From Eledone cirrhosa (lineage: Eukaryota): a stretch of DNA of 64,000 nt. The notes under the pieces are model-generated. The model was not told the origin of the DNA. It did no database searches and saw only the letters and a list, made by a program, of their open reading frames with translations. Below, one piece after another: positions 25,425 through 38,790 of the stretch. The DNA lies in NCBI GenBank assembly GCA_964016885.1, contig OZ024740.1, positions 119,722,001 through 119,786,000 of the forward strand, given 5' to 3'. A program made the translations under genes and the position numbers. The first letter of the stretch is position 1. Each line of letters starts with the position of its first letter.

Positions 25425-27115
25425 CATCGATCTAGACGAAATGCAGTTTGGGTTTGTGTCAGGTAAAAGTACCACAGGTGCCCTTTTCCTTGTACGACAA
25501 CTACAGGAGAAGTACCTAGCTAAAAGTAAACCCCTCTACTTAGCTTTTGTTGACTTGGAGAAAGCCTTTGACAGAGTTACCCGCGCCATTATCTGGTGGG
25601 CCCTTAGAAAACTAGGGGTTGATAAATGGCTTGTGAGAGCTATACAAGCCATGTATAAAGAAACAATCAGCAAGGTTAGAATTAACAATGAATATAGTGA
25701 AGAATTTAGCGTAAATGTTAGTGTCCATCAGGGCTCCGTTCTTAGCCCCCTCCTATTTATTATTGCCCTTTAGGCCATAACAGAGGCGTTCAAGACCGGA
25801 TCTAACGCTCATAGATGAATCAATGGCTGAACTAGATAAGAAATTCCAAACATGGAAGCACGGCCTAGAATCAAAAGGCCTTAAAGTTAACTTGTCTAAG
25901 ACTAAAGTTCTAGTTTGTAGGAAAGAAAATAGGGCACAATTCCCCTCTGGGAAATGGACAGGCTCAGTGTGTAGGAAAGGAGTAGGCAGAAACTCCATTT
26001 TATGTCCCAAATGCAAAGTATGGGTTCATAAAAGATGTAGTGGGATCACAGGTAAGCTATCTCAGAACGTAGATTTTATATGTGGCTGGTGCTCAGGTGC
26101 AATAAGTAGCAGCAAGTTCCCACAGGATACTAGCTCCTTCTATTACCCAGATGGCTCTATAGAAATAGTGGACACCTTCCGTTACCTGGGTGACAAAATC
26201 AGCAATGGTCGAGGGTGCTCAGAAAGTACAGTAGCCAGAGTCAGAACGGGATGGAAAAAATTTCAGAGAGCTTATAACACTATTGGCCGCTAAAGATTTC
26301 TCTCTAAAAATGAAAGGCAGACTGTATGATGCCTGCATACGAACAGCTATGTTACATGACAGTGAGACATGGGCATTGTGTGCAGAGGATCTGCACAGAC
26401 TGGAGAGGAACGAAGCATGCATGCTCCGCTGGATGTGTAATACGTGAACAGCAAAGCGTAAATGAACCAAGTGAGAAATTAGGTATAAGAGGGTTCAGAT
26501 GCTGTTTACTCGAGAGAAGACTACGTTGGTATGGTCACGTGATGCACATGAAAGACGACAGCTGTATAAAAAAAGGCCAGCGCGATCAAACTTGACGGAA
26601 GTTACAGAGTAGGCAGCCCCAGAAAAACCTTGGACGATTTGATAAATTCTGACCTTACACACTTACACATCTCTAAGACAATGTCACTGGACCGAGATCT
26701 TTGGCGCCACGCAGTAATACAGAAAACCCACCTTGCCTAGTACAAAGCGAAACCTAAGTCACTAGGCACCTCTTAATCAAATATACACCCCTTCCAACTC
26801 CCCCACCCCATCAACACTATCTCTTTCTCTGTAAAGTTATGTTGGTACCACAACATCCAGTCCTAAATAAATGAGGTCGTGTAGGTGTCACGACAAAAAA
26901 ACACACAGTCCACGCTGTAATGTGACCTTGTAGGTAACACGGTAAAAACCTCCCAGTCCACACTGTAAATGTAGTTGGTGTTAGGAAGGGCATCCAGCCA
27001 TAGAAAACCTGCCAGACAGTCTCATACGAGCGAGACGACCAATCCTGCCTCAGTGGGACAATTCCCGTCTAAACCCATGCTAGCGTGGAAGATGGACGTT
27101 AAACAATGATGATCA
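25425..27115 (+). mobile_element. RTE LINE 3' half, degenerate
   Basis: QFGFVSG..FVDLEKAFD..VHQGS, PHD-like CPKC..VHKRC, YLG, RLRWYGH. 3' end ccatgctagcgtggaagatggacgttaaa..tgatgat. Confidence 0.9.
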
Positions 27116-28489
27116 TATATATATATTATATATATATAAAATATACATATATACAATATATATATATATACAATATATATGTGTGTGTGTGTGCATGTGC
27201 ATGAATGTGTCTGAATGGAATCTAGAGTTTTGAGAAAGATTTATTTACAATAACTAACTTTATCGGTTTCATGATCTTTGACGATTTTCAAACGTCAGAA
27301 GGAAAGATGTGGAGCTTTAGTGTAACTTCTCGTATCTCACTGGAGTTTTGAAATTTATATTGTGTTATTTAAAAAAACCTGATTCACATTGTTATCTCTT
27401 TAAAGAGAGTTTGATACGTTGCGGATGATCACATGATTAGTCATAGAATGTTGTTAGTTCTCCAATTCCGAATGGAAACTGAACTATTGCAATTAAGTGC
27501 AAGCTCTAATGAGGAAAACCTCAAAACAATTGACACACAAATGGAAGTAGAAATTTTGCAAGGTGGTACAAAACCCCTTCGGGGCCCAAAGTAGGCAACG
27601 ATTTTTCTCAAAATTGATGTTGCATGGTTGCTGTGTAGCCTTCTTAGCTCTTGTGCCCTGGAACAATATACTGACTGTACTCCCCTCTTGTTGGCCCTGT
27701 TAATACCTACTACATAACAATATAATTAAACTCTCAAACCTACGAATTAACACTTCTTTAGCATTGGGTAAAAAACCTCTTTGATTCATTAATTATGAAA
27801 CCAATTTTAAAAACGAAATACCGTACCCATTCCTGAAGAAAGTTAGAATTTAAAAATCCCAATCACAATCAACAAAACATATGCCAAATAGTCAAAGCTA
27901 TATTCGCAAAAAAAAAAGAAAAAAAAAAAAAAGAACATAAGAATAATTCCCAAATACTTAGACAACACAATAATCCAAATATATTGCAAGTTCCCTTTCT
28001 CTGAAAAGAGATTATTTTTCAAACCCGAGATTTACAACATATTCATATAATCATAAATAAAAACACGAAAAACAATTAAAGACGGGAACAACAACAATGC
28101 AGATTGAGAAATACACAAAATCATTGTAAAATAGCATAATATATTAGGGAAATTTTCAACGTAATGACTAATTTGAAAGATCATTTTTAGATGCAGTCAA
28201 CGAAATTCCCGACACCTGGAGGTACAAACTGAAAACAAGAAACCAAATTTTATCAACCAATCCAGAAGATACAACAAATTAAAATTCTCTCAAAAGTCCT
28301 AAAATCTCTTCTTACAACATTGTACCCTAACTACAATGATGACATTTCACAATTCTGTAGAAATATATGCCTACAAGAAGAATTATTTGATAAGGAAAAT
28401 AGCGTTGAATCAATTGTTAGAAATAAAAGTTGTTACAATCCAGCAAAAGGTAGGAAAAAAACAATAGATAAATTTTGCGCTCAAAAATA

Positions 28490-29610
28490 ATAAAGACATT
28501 AAGGAAGAGAGTAGTTAATAGCAGGGTTTCAAGATATTTCTTGAAAACATACATGTCCAGACCATGCAGATCTCTCAAGTTTCCTGGCAGCTTATTAAAG
28601 ATTTGAGGGCCTTTGAACCCCAGATTATTGCAATATCTGCTCATTACTCTAGATGTGAAAGGGAGGACTTTTGGCACCACACAGTCATGTTCTGTTTGAG
28701 GGTTGGTCCTGCTCTCAAACTTTGGTGGTAGTCCTTTCAGGATTTTCCATATGTATATCACTGCTTACCTCTCCCACCTTCATTCTAAAGAGTAGAGTTT
28801 TGGTTATTTTAGCCTCTCCCAGTATCTCATCTCCTTTATCGAGGCAATCCTCCTGGTGTAGATTCATTGGATTACTCTAAGCTCTGTGGTTAATTTTAGA
28901 CTATGGGGTGACCAAAGCTGGGAGCAATAGTCCCAAAAGTCCAGTTGGTTTAGGACAAATCTCCATAGCACCAACATGTCCTCAAGATGCAGCCATCAAG
29001 TCGTCTGCACATTATTGCCATTTTCATGATGTGTCAATGAAATGTTGCATCATCGTTCATGTCTAGATCCAGGTATTGTATCGATTTTGATCCCTCCTGG
29101 TTTAGTGTAGCTTTTTTGTACTGTCCTTGTGTTAGCAAGTTGATATCATAGGGCTTGAAATTTTCCATCATTAAGTTGCATGTTATTTTTCCTCAGACCA
29201 TTTGTATATAGCATCTCGATCTTGTAAAAGAGTAGCATCAGTCGGGTTCTTGATTGCCTGTGCTACCTTTGTGTCATCAGCATAGCTAGTGAGAGAAGTT
29301 GTATGTACTACAGAGGACATGTCTGAAAGAGCCACCAAAAACAGTAGTGGTCCCAAGGCAGCACCCTTGAACACTTCACTTGTTATTGATGTTTCCTTTG
29401 AGAGGGCCCCGTTGGCTGCAACAGTCTGGCTTCTGTTTTTTAAGAAGTCATGCAGCCACTCACCTACTTTTCCAGTTATGTCAAATCGTTTTAATTTTTG
29501 ACATATCATTCCATGGTCAACCTTGTCGAAGGCTTTCATAGCAAGTTGCAGTGTTATAAAACCTGTGTAAGGCAGCTTCTTGCTGAGCGAAAGCCATGCT
29601 GAGTGTTAGT
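28490..29610 (-). mobile_element. CR1/Jockey-group LINE RT fragment
   Basis: KAFDKVDHG..FLKNRSQTVAANG..LGPLLFL..YADDTKV; C-terminal IYIWKILKG..GPQIFNKLP..FKKYL. Confidence 0.85.
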
Positions 29611-30694
29611 TGTTGCACTATGATATGACCGAAGGTTCCTCTCAACGCTTATTTTTTTATAGGCATAATTTCTACAGTGAGGTGCGCTTTCTGTTGCCAA
29701 CCATTTTTTCTGTAGCGTGCTGGGATAGGAGGGAGATAAGTTTGAAGTTATGGCAGATGTCGTGTGATTTGACAGGGTGATGAATGGAAAAGTGAATGTG
29801 ATGGTAAGAACACTGAAGTGATGGAGGTAGGAGGGGTGGATAGTTTGGTTCTGGAAAGGTAGATGTAGTCATGGAGAGAATAGCTAAAGAGTGATATTGG
29901 AGGCAGCGTGGCTGGAGTGCATAGGTGTGAAGAGACTAGCTACTAGGATACAATAATGAGGATATCAAATGTTTTTAGAGGGTAGGCAGCTATGTAATGA
30001 TACAAGAATGGGCATGTAGTGAGGGTGAGAGGCTGCTAGGGAGTGCTAGTGGAGGGGGCATACATATACTACTATTTATATATGAAGAAATGCTTTCATG
30101 CTTATGTGTACATGAATATATATCTATCACTGTATATAGAAATGTATGCAAAATATTGTGTATGCTTGCCTGTGTCCATATATAGAACTTGGGATCTTGT
30201 AGATTACATGTGTAAGTATGTATCCTGTTTATAAAATATGTAAAAAATATATATCTGTGCATTCAACATATTTGAATTGCATCTCCATCAGTATTATTTA
30301 CTGCATTCAAGTTAGATCATTTTTTTTTCTTTGTAGAAGAAAGAAATTTCTAGTCAACCCACTATCATAAACAATGCAACATTACCTCTACAGAATGTCT
30401 TTACAAGTATCTCAGTAGGTTCTTATATATATGTTTCATGCTAAAATCGATTCAAATGTGCTGCAGCACAGTATTGACAACTAACGCAATATTACATGGA
30501 TATTGATAACTGCTTGTGATTCTTTCTTGTAGTTCACATATAAGAGAAGACTTGCTGTTATTATAAAGAGACTAGCATTTATATTGAACTACAAATATCA
30601 TAACTTTTTCCATTGACACCAATCATGCACACCTTAATATTTCACATTATTTACAACAATTAAGCTCTATCTATTATGTAGTCAATTAATATTG

Positions 30695-30900
30695 ATTTCT
30701 GATTTAGGCAAAAGGCCAACAATTTTGAGGAAGAGGAAAGTCGATTAACTTGACATCAGTGCATTACTGGTACTTTATTTTATCAAACCCATAAGGATGA
30801 ACGCTAAAGCTAACCTCTGCAGGATTTGAACTCAAATCGTAAAGGGGCGTAACCCTATGCTATAAAGCATGTTGTCTGACGCTCTGCCGATACTGCTATT
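30695..30900 (-). mobile_element. SINE with Nin/Deu-like domain (copies at 46177-46335 and 55735-55870; fragments near 39520-39590 and 40440-40500)
   Basis: Shared ctggtactttattttatc.accc..taaggatga....aaag.taacct...gggatttgaactca and tttaggcacaaggccagcaatt blocks. Confidence 0.7.
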
Positions 30901-32551
30901 TCATTGCTCTCATGTAGTTAATTAATATTCAGAACTCAAATTCAGGGATTTTCTTTTACATTTTAATGATTATATGCATTAAATAAACAAACCCTTCATA
31001 CTGAAGTGCTAGCATACGATATGACAATCTTAGTAATTTTACTGAAATAAGCCTATGTATGTATCATCCTATAACACCCTCCTGGTGGATGCTTAGTGGC
31101 ATCATATTGACAAACGTCATTTCTAGGTTTTGTTTTAAACCTAGCAGAGCCTATCTTCTCTCCAGGTCTGAATATAACAGAATCCTTCCAAAGAAGGATA
31201 GAGAGAGTGTGATAATGAGGAAGGATCAACCCCAAAACTAGATGGTATTTTTTTTGTCAACCTTGTATGGATGAAAGAAATAAGCTTATACTTGAACTAA
31301 AAATATGTAACTAAACTAAACAAAAGCAAGGGAGACTATTCCAAACTAATCAGAGCAATCATTTAACAAATTGCATTGATGAATATTTGTCCAATACTGT
31401 CTCACTGTACTGACTTGAACAATTTTCCCTTAAGTAATTTTAGTGAATGCAGGCTAGTGGTAGACGTGAACCATTGTTCAGTTTAACATTACCAACTATC
31501 TCTTGTGTGTATTTAGCAGAGTCCATTTTGTTGAAAGCACTCAGAAGAGGTCCCCAGTTTGATGAAACATTCCTTCCTCGCACAAGTCTCAAATAATAGG
31601 AAAGGTGCCATAGGCATTGGCTTCCCCTCCTTGATTAAATGGAAGAAAATAAAAGAAATTTATTCCTAAAATTACCTTCATGTTATTAACAAATATTTAC
31701 TCATCAACAAATTGTTATCACTTATTTTAGTTTTTTATGCTTCAAACTTTGTGAACAATAGCCATATTGATTTCAGATTTCAAATAGGTTAATCACAAAT
31801 TTATTATGTTTCAGTAGCAAGAGTGGCAAATAACTATCTATGCAACTAGACAGAACAAATATGTCAAAACTTTTTTATTCACTGGTTTATCATTTTTTTC
31901 TGTTTCACAAAAGGATATATACCTATTTGCACACATGTGCCTACATACATGATTATAGATATGAATATCTCCTGCACAGATTTCATCTATCAAATTCCAC
32001 TTGCTAGACATTGGAAAATCTGAAGTTATTGTGGAAGACACTTTTCCAAGTTACTATATAATGAGGTTGATCCCTGAATCATGTGCTTGTGAAGTGAACT
32101 TCAAAATGTTACATCTATGCTACTACTACTACAATTGCTTATGCATCTCTGAGCTTCCTAACTGTATATCAGTGCTAGACTTGCCTATAAGCCAAACAAG
32201 CTATAGTTTAAGGCACCACACCCTCAAGGGCCTCATTTTTAAAATACATTTTAATTTTATCATTAATTTTTATTCTTTAATACTAAATCATCAAACATTA
32301 TATATATATATATAGTATTTATTCTTTATCATTAACATTAATATAAAAAGATAATAATATTTTGAGGCTCTTCCAAAAAAAAATAATATTTTTTATAGAA
32401 GAGCCTCAAATTTTATATAGCTCAGGAACTCAGCAGGTGAAAGTCCAGCACTGTATATACAACTTCTATTCAATCCCTTAGTTTTAACTCATACATCTGT
32501 CCTCTGCTACTCTTGATGTCTCACTTCTCATCTGCACTTTACCTAAAAACA

Positions 32552-33351
32552 TCTGTATATATATAAAATTAAGTATGTGTGTGTGTCTGTCTATTATCTA
32601 TAGGGGCCTACATCTTACGACCGATTTTCATGCAACTTTACAGGCTCATAGATTAGTCATCGGTGAGTGTTTACTATATATAAGAGTATCGTTTTTCTTT
32701 TATTCCTGGGTCATTCTGCAGATAAAAATCGATAGGGGGGAGGGGGTCACCTTTTTTTAGGTATCAAAAAATAAGATATTTGGCTCTAGCTCCCACATTT
32801 TGCCACCGATTTCGTTCAAATTTTAAAGCAAAATAGAATTTATGATTGCACATCGTGTAATGGCGTTATATTTTGCATTTGTTGTTCAGGGACGGCGTGG
32901 AAGCCGCTTAAATATACAAAAATACCACTTTTAGACTCAAATTTCCACTTTTTCGGCTCTAGCTCCCACATTAATCAACCTACTTTTTCAAATTTTACAC
33001 TACGCTAGATCTGTTTATTTCACGTCTTAAAGTGGCTCTACATTTAGGATTTTTTGTTCAGAAACGGCGTGGCAGCCGCTTAAATATTTGAAAATACCAC
33101 CTTTCGCTCAAATTTCCACCTTTTCGGTTCAAGCTCCCACATTTTTCAACCGATTCCGTTCAAATTTGAAACTCCCTCCCCAGCATGTCAGTCACCCGCG
33201 TTTCTCAGTGATAGAGGTTATCACCACCCTCCCCCGCATGACCTGTATGTGGCCATGGATGAGTCATCGAGAAACAGTTGCTAAGATCAACACCTTTTCA
33301 TCAAAGCAGATATTATTTACCTACCCAGGCAACGCTGGGTACTGCTGCTCG
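32552..33351 (+). mobile_element. Non-autonomous Helitron (second family)
   Basis: A|TCTGTATATATATAAAA..GTCTGTC 5' end; 3' hairpin ACCCAGGCAACGCTGGGT then CTCG|T (CTAG variant); internal ~170-bp diverged tandem repeats. Confidence 0.78.
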
Positions 33352-33959
33352 TACTACATAACTGTAAATCTTTCCTTGCCTCATTTTTCCTCCTCATTCA
33401 TTTCCATATTAACTACTGTATATACTTATGTATAGGTCATGGCTTTTTCAATGAAAATACAATGTGGATGAATAGCATACCACATAACTGTCACAGCTAT
33501 AAAACCTCAATTCAAAATATATTTTATACTATATTGTAAATGTTGAATGTAAAACAGAGGTGTGACCTTTCTAGTCGTGAAGCTTCTATGCAAGTATATA
33601 CAGTATATTAACGTTTCTCACTTATTACTATCCTATTGGTCAGAACTCTTCTTTTAGAGTTTCATAACATTAGGTAAAATATTCTTTTTTTAAGCTTTAC
33701 TCTAATATGAATATAGTAACTTATCTACTTTAGGTTTAGTCAAACGTGATATTATTTAAACTTCTGCACAATTGCATATCAGCTCTAGCTCTCTTATTAA
33801 ATTGTCTGTCTAATATTAACATGATTTTGTATGATTTAGAAGTTGAGAAACAACCAAGACAATAACTACACATTCATTCCAAAGTTTAGTATATTAGCGG
33901 ATTAAATATTCAGATGAGTTGCTCTAGTTAATCTGAGAGAATTTTGATTAAATCTTTTC

Positions 33960-34350
33960 TTTTCATATTTCTAACGAACAATACTGCCTACAATTTCAAA
34001 ATCTTTTTGAAAAAAATTAGGATTTAGAAAAGATTTTGTAATATAATTAACTTTCTCATTACTAAGCTTGGGTTTGGAACATAACTTAATAAAATAATAT
34101 AATTTAAATGATCTTACATAAAACTGTAAAGGTAAGATTTTCGATAATTATAAACATTTCTAATGAAAAACACTGCCTAAGAATTACAGATCATTTAAAA
34201 TATAACCAAGAATTTGGAAGGATTTAGTAATATAACTCTCTGATTATTAAGCTAGTATTAGGATTACAACCCAAATTCTTACATAAAATTATAATGGAAA
34301 GGTTTTAGATAAATATAAATACTTTAAAATAAACAGCTAGAACATTATGA
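33960..34350. repeat. Degenerate MITE-like repeat (two tandem pieces), related to 40809-41493 and 36200-36360
   Basis: Shared catatttctaatgaaa..ctg and aattataatggaaagg.ttttagataaatat..actttaaaa blocks. Confidence 0.55.
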
Positions 34351-34795
34351 AATCATAGTGATATTCGGGGATGTTTTGCCATTACAATAGCACCAAATTG
34401 GCAAGCCATCTCTGAAACAAATCTATTCTCTATTTGTGTTTGCCATAATCCTGTCGTCTTATATAACTAATTCTTCAATCAGCATCTGATGATTTAAATC
34501 TGATCATTTAAGTCTTGCATCATGATAGGATGAGGAAACTGGGCCATTGAAATATGTATAGTATTTTTGCAGAATTAAAATTTCAAAGAAACTTTCCATT
34601 TTGGACTTCTGTTATTTTAAATGAATACTTAACTCTGTTTCTGCATCAGTTATGGAATACCACATCTACGATGGATGATCTGCATAATGTCAAGTCCTTT
34701 AATTAATTAATTGTTTTGCTAACCGGGATCACCAGTTCTACCCAATGGCAAACAACATAACATAAATGGCATATATTTATATATATATGCAAGTT

Positions 34796-34831
<36 letters not shown>

Positions 34832-36474
34832 TGTGTGTGCATGTATCTGTATATGTGTACGTGTGTGCATTTAGGTTTACCCTTTATTTAGTCCTTGCAA
34901 TATATCAATAAACTAACAGACTTGAAAGAAAATAAATACTGGGACAGGTGTGATCAACTAAATCCCTAACAGCAGTACCCTGATGTAGCCACACTCAAAT
35001 GGCTGAAACAATTAAAAAAGATAAATGAATTGGTTGGTGATCTAGAAAATCAAAGTGACAGATAAGTTTTAAACAGTAAGAATAAAGATGACAGAATAAT
35101 TTACTTTCGACAATCCTGTGTAGACAAACATCAATTTTATGTATTGACTTCCCTAGCTAGAATCTTTTATTTTCTATCTTAAATTGACTTCCTGATATAA
35201 GCCATATAGTTCAATATCTCTGCTCTTTGTCTGTAGTGTTTAGGTGTCTAGTAAATATTTATGCAACCATGACGGATTGCTGGATCACGAATATTGACAG
35301 TAGTTACAACACTGTTAATCTATTAAATGATCACTCCTTTATACCCTCACTAAACTTGCATGTGTATCAGCACAGAGACAGATTTAGATGCTCTGACAGA
35401 TAAAGCTATAAATTATTCTGTTTATTTATGCACATACACAAATACACAAACACATGCATGCACACACAAAAATATACACAATGAAACACATATTCACTGG
35501 CACAACCACACACATACTTATATTTGTACATACACACATAAATGTAATTGAATAAACACAGACAAAGAGAAAAAAAGAGACAGACAGCATAATAGAAAAT
35601 ATATCTACTAAGAGATGTACTTAGATATATAGACATACATGTATCATCAACATCACCATTATATTCATCATCATCATCATCATCATCATTGTTTTCTGTC
35701 AAATTTCCTTGCATGGGTTGGACAGGTTATCACAGGAGAACTATAGCCTGCTCATATTTTCCAATTTTGGTATAATTTCTATAGCTGGATGCTCTTTTAA
35801 ATGCCAACCCCCTTACAGCTTATAGAGTTTACTGGATGTGTTTTATCATAGCTTCCACACTAATATATAGATTGAACATAGTTATTAAATGATTATATAT
35901 ATATAACAAAACACAGAAATATATTTACTACATTTACAACCATTACTCTCCCTTTATATACACAAATTTTTAGGAAGAGTTACCTATGAATTTTTTTCTA
36001 TGCACAAATATATATATCAGATGTCAGGGCGCAATTTGAATAAAATTTAGCTGCTATTTCTACTAAGCTGAACCACTATGTAAATCTGCCCTCATTCACT
36101 TGAATACAGCAATGTTCTTTAATATGACAATGGCAGAAAAATTGTCAGTAGTTATATGGGCGACACCTCCATAACAATATTTCTAATAAAATCATTCTCA
36201 CTGATTTAGAAATCATTTTGAAAATAATCAAAATTGCTGATTTTCTTAATGATAGGTTGATGTTTGGAGTGTAATTTAAGAAATATTCTAACATAAAACT
36301 ACAATGGAATATTTTTAGATAAATATAATCACTTTAAAATTTTATACTATAGAATTATGGGTGGTTTTAAATCCTATTCTAGTCTTCTTCTTGTTTAACC
36401 CGAGCTCAATTCTGAGAAGATCAAAGGTAGTCTAAACATGATTCTATTCATTTTTGAAGCCATATATATATATA

Positions 36475-36632
36475 GTAATAATAAATTGAAGACTAAAATC
36501 CGAAGAGGGCTTGATAAGCAAAGAATCGCTTCTTTCATCCTTAACAGGATCTTCTGAAACTCTGAGTTTCAGAAGAACCTGTTAAGGGTGAAAGCGGCGA
36601 TTCTTTGCTTAAACTTTAATCTGTTCTTATAA
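36475..36632. repeat. Foldback fragment of the 10845-14845 pLTR with a CAGAAGA hammerhead at 36565-36621 (+)
   Basis: AGTTT-CAGAAGA-ACCTGTTAAGGGT-GAAA-GCG..TGC-TT-AAACT, preceded by an inverted partial copy. Confidence 0.85.
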
Positions 36633-37096
36633 TATATATATTATCATCATCATCATTATCATCATTTAACATCTATCTTCCACGCTAGCATGGGTTTAGA
36701 TGGGAATTGTCCCACTTGAGGCAAGATTGGTCGGGAGATGATGTCGCACTCATATAGGACAGTTGGCAGATTTTCTACGGCTGGATGCCTTTCCTAATAC
36801 CAACCAGGTGTATTATCTGACATATTACAAGGTGGTAGGGTGTAATTGAAGGGAAATTTTAGTGCCCTTTCTAGCAAGTCAAATGACCACATAGAAGCTA
36901 TCTTAATGTTTCACATTACTGTTGCATAGGCAAAAAAGCATTCAATGTCTTTATATGTTTAAATGCTCCTGTTCTATTCTTGTCATTTTGACTGCATATC
37001 AACAACACTGGTTATTTTCGTATGTTCTTTCTTTGGAAACTTCACTTCAAGATACAATTTAAAAGAAACACAATCACATGCATACATATATGCATG

Positions 37097-37191
<95 letters not shown>

Positions 37192-37694
37192 TCATCATCA
37201 TCATCATCTTCGTTTAACATCCACTTTCCATGCTATATATATATATTGTCTCCACGCATCTTTGTCAAGAAGACATAAAAAATATAGCAAACTGTTCTTT
37301 TCACAGACACTGTCATACATATAGTGGTAGACTTTCAGGAACTGAGATAATTGCACTCTACAACTATCTTGAAATTCAAGTACATGAGCTGATATTAGTT
37401 CAAATCTATGAAGCTCATTCATAGACCTACTCCCTTGTACCTTTGTATCTGACCTTTTGACCAGCTTCTCAACTTCTTGTTCCAGTTTTTTTTTCCTTTT
37501 TTGTTCCTTCTTTTTAACGTTTTTTTTTTTCAACTATCATCAATATTCATTGATTTATTGATGAAATGTCGATTTCTTTTGTTGCCAGAAAACAAAACAA
37601 AATATGCTTACATACTTATATATCTTCATATTAGTAACCACAATACTGGCACTAAATTTTAAATACAACACAACCATATGTCTCGATTTGTATA

Positions 37695-38375
37695 TCATCA
37701 TCATCATCATCATCACCGTTTAACGTCCATTTTTCCACATTAGCATAGGTTAGAAGGGTTGTCTTGGTTGGCGCAAGTTGAGTCTGGCGCCCGTGTCTTG
37801 CTCACACAGAACTGTTTCTGGCTTGTTTTCATGGACTGAAAGGATGCTGTTCCTAATGCCAACCACATGTTAAGTGTGTGCTGGGTGCTTTTTGTTGTGA
37901 CTCCTACATGACCACTCTATAGTGTGGGCTGGGTGCTTTTTGTCGTGACACCTACATGACTACTTTACAGTGTGGCCTGGGTGCTTTTTGCTCTGTCCAT
38001 CACAATCACTTTACAGTGCGGGCTGGGAGCTTCTTGTCATGTTGCATCACAACCACTTTACAGTGTGGGCTGGGAGCTTCTTGTCATGTCACCATCACAA
38101 CCACTTTACAGTGTGGACTGGAGGCTTCACTAGATGTATGCTACACCATGTCCTCATTAGAGATGTATGGAAGGGTGGTGCATACTATATATGTATGCTT
38201 CAGATTCAGCCTGTGCCCATGGGAATGCATGTATTCTGTATTACTGCATAACGCCAGAGATCCCAGTCCTGTGTTATCATCTTTGAGAGATGCAATTGTG
38301 CAGGGTCAGCTTTTATCACCTGTAACAAGTTTTCCTGTGTCTCTCCACTCTGAGGTTTCCATCGACTTTATTTCA
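37695..38375 (-). mobile_element. RTE 3' end with ~6 tandem copies of a ~45-bp 3' UTR unit
   Basis: (CAT)n tail; repeats of accactttacagtgtgggctgggtgctttttg, matching the RTE 3' UTR at 52780-52870. Confidence 0.8.
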
Positions 38376-38499
38376 TGTCACTCCTTCAGCCTGGAGTTGT
38401 GACTGGAATATATCTGCAATGGAAATGCCAACATTAATAATGTTTTCTTGGTTCAATCTGATAATTAGCACTTTTCTCTTTTTTTTTATTTAATGAAAA

Positions 38500-38790
38500 T
38501 AGAAACTAGATGATATTCTGACCTCTGTTCTTTGTAAATGGTAGCTAAGGGCTGGTGGTATATTTAAATGTATCTTATCATTTCTAGTTTTGAGTAATTC
38601 ATCATAGTAGAATGCATCTATATCAAAGATTTCTTTATTAAATTATAGAGCTCATTTTACTGGTCTTTCTTACTAGATTTCTGAAGTGTATGAGTGGATA
38701 AGTCACACCTAGACATGTGGATTTTTCATTTCAGTTATTTTCTTGAATATGCTGGTAATCTGAATGTGACATCTAAGAAATTAAATGTAC
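38500..38790 (-). pseudogene. Old PLE RT thumb remnant
   Basis: FLDVTFRL and NKEIFDIDAFYYDELL resemble YLDVTLNL and NERIFNDHSTYYNEAL of the 11668 ORF. Confidence 0.5.

Noticed and set aside
27740-28415. A-rich segment faintly resembling an old PLE RT
   Set aside because: Too degenerate to assign by eye.
37204-37533. 109-aa minus-strand ORF as a possible host exon
   Set aside because: No recognisable domain, starts in A-runs, no convincing splice sites or partner exons.
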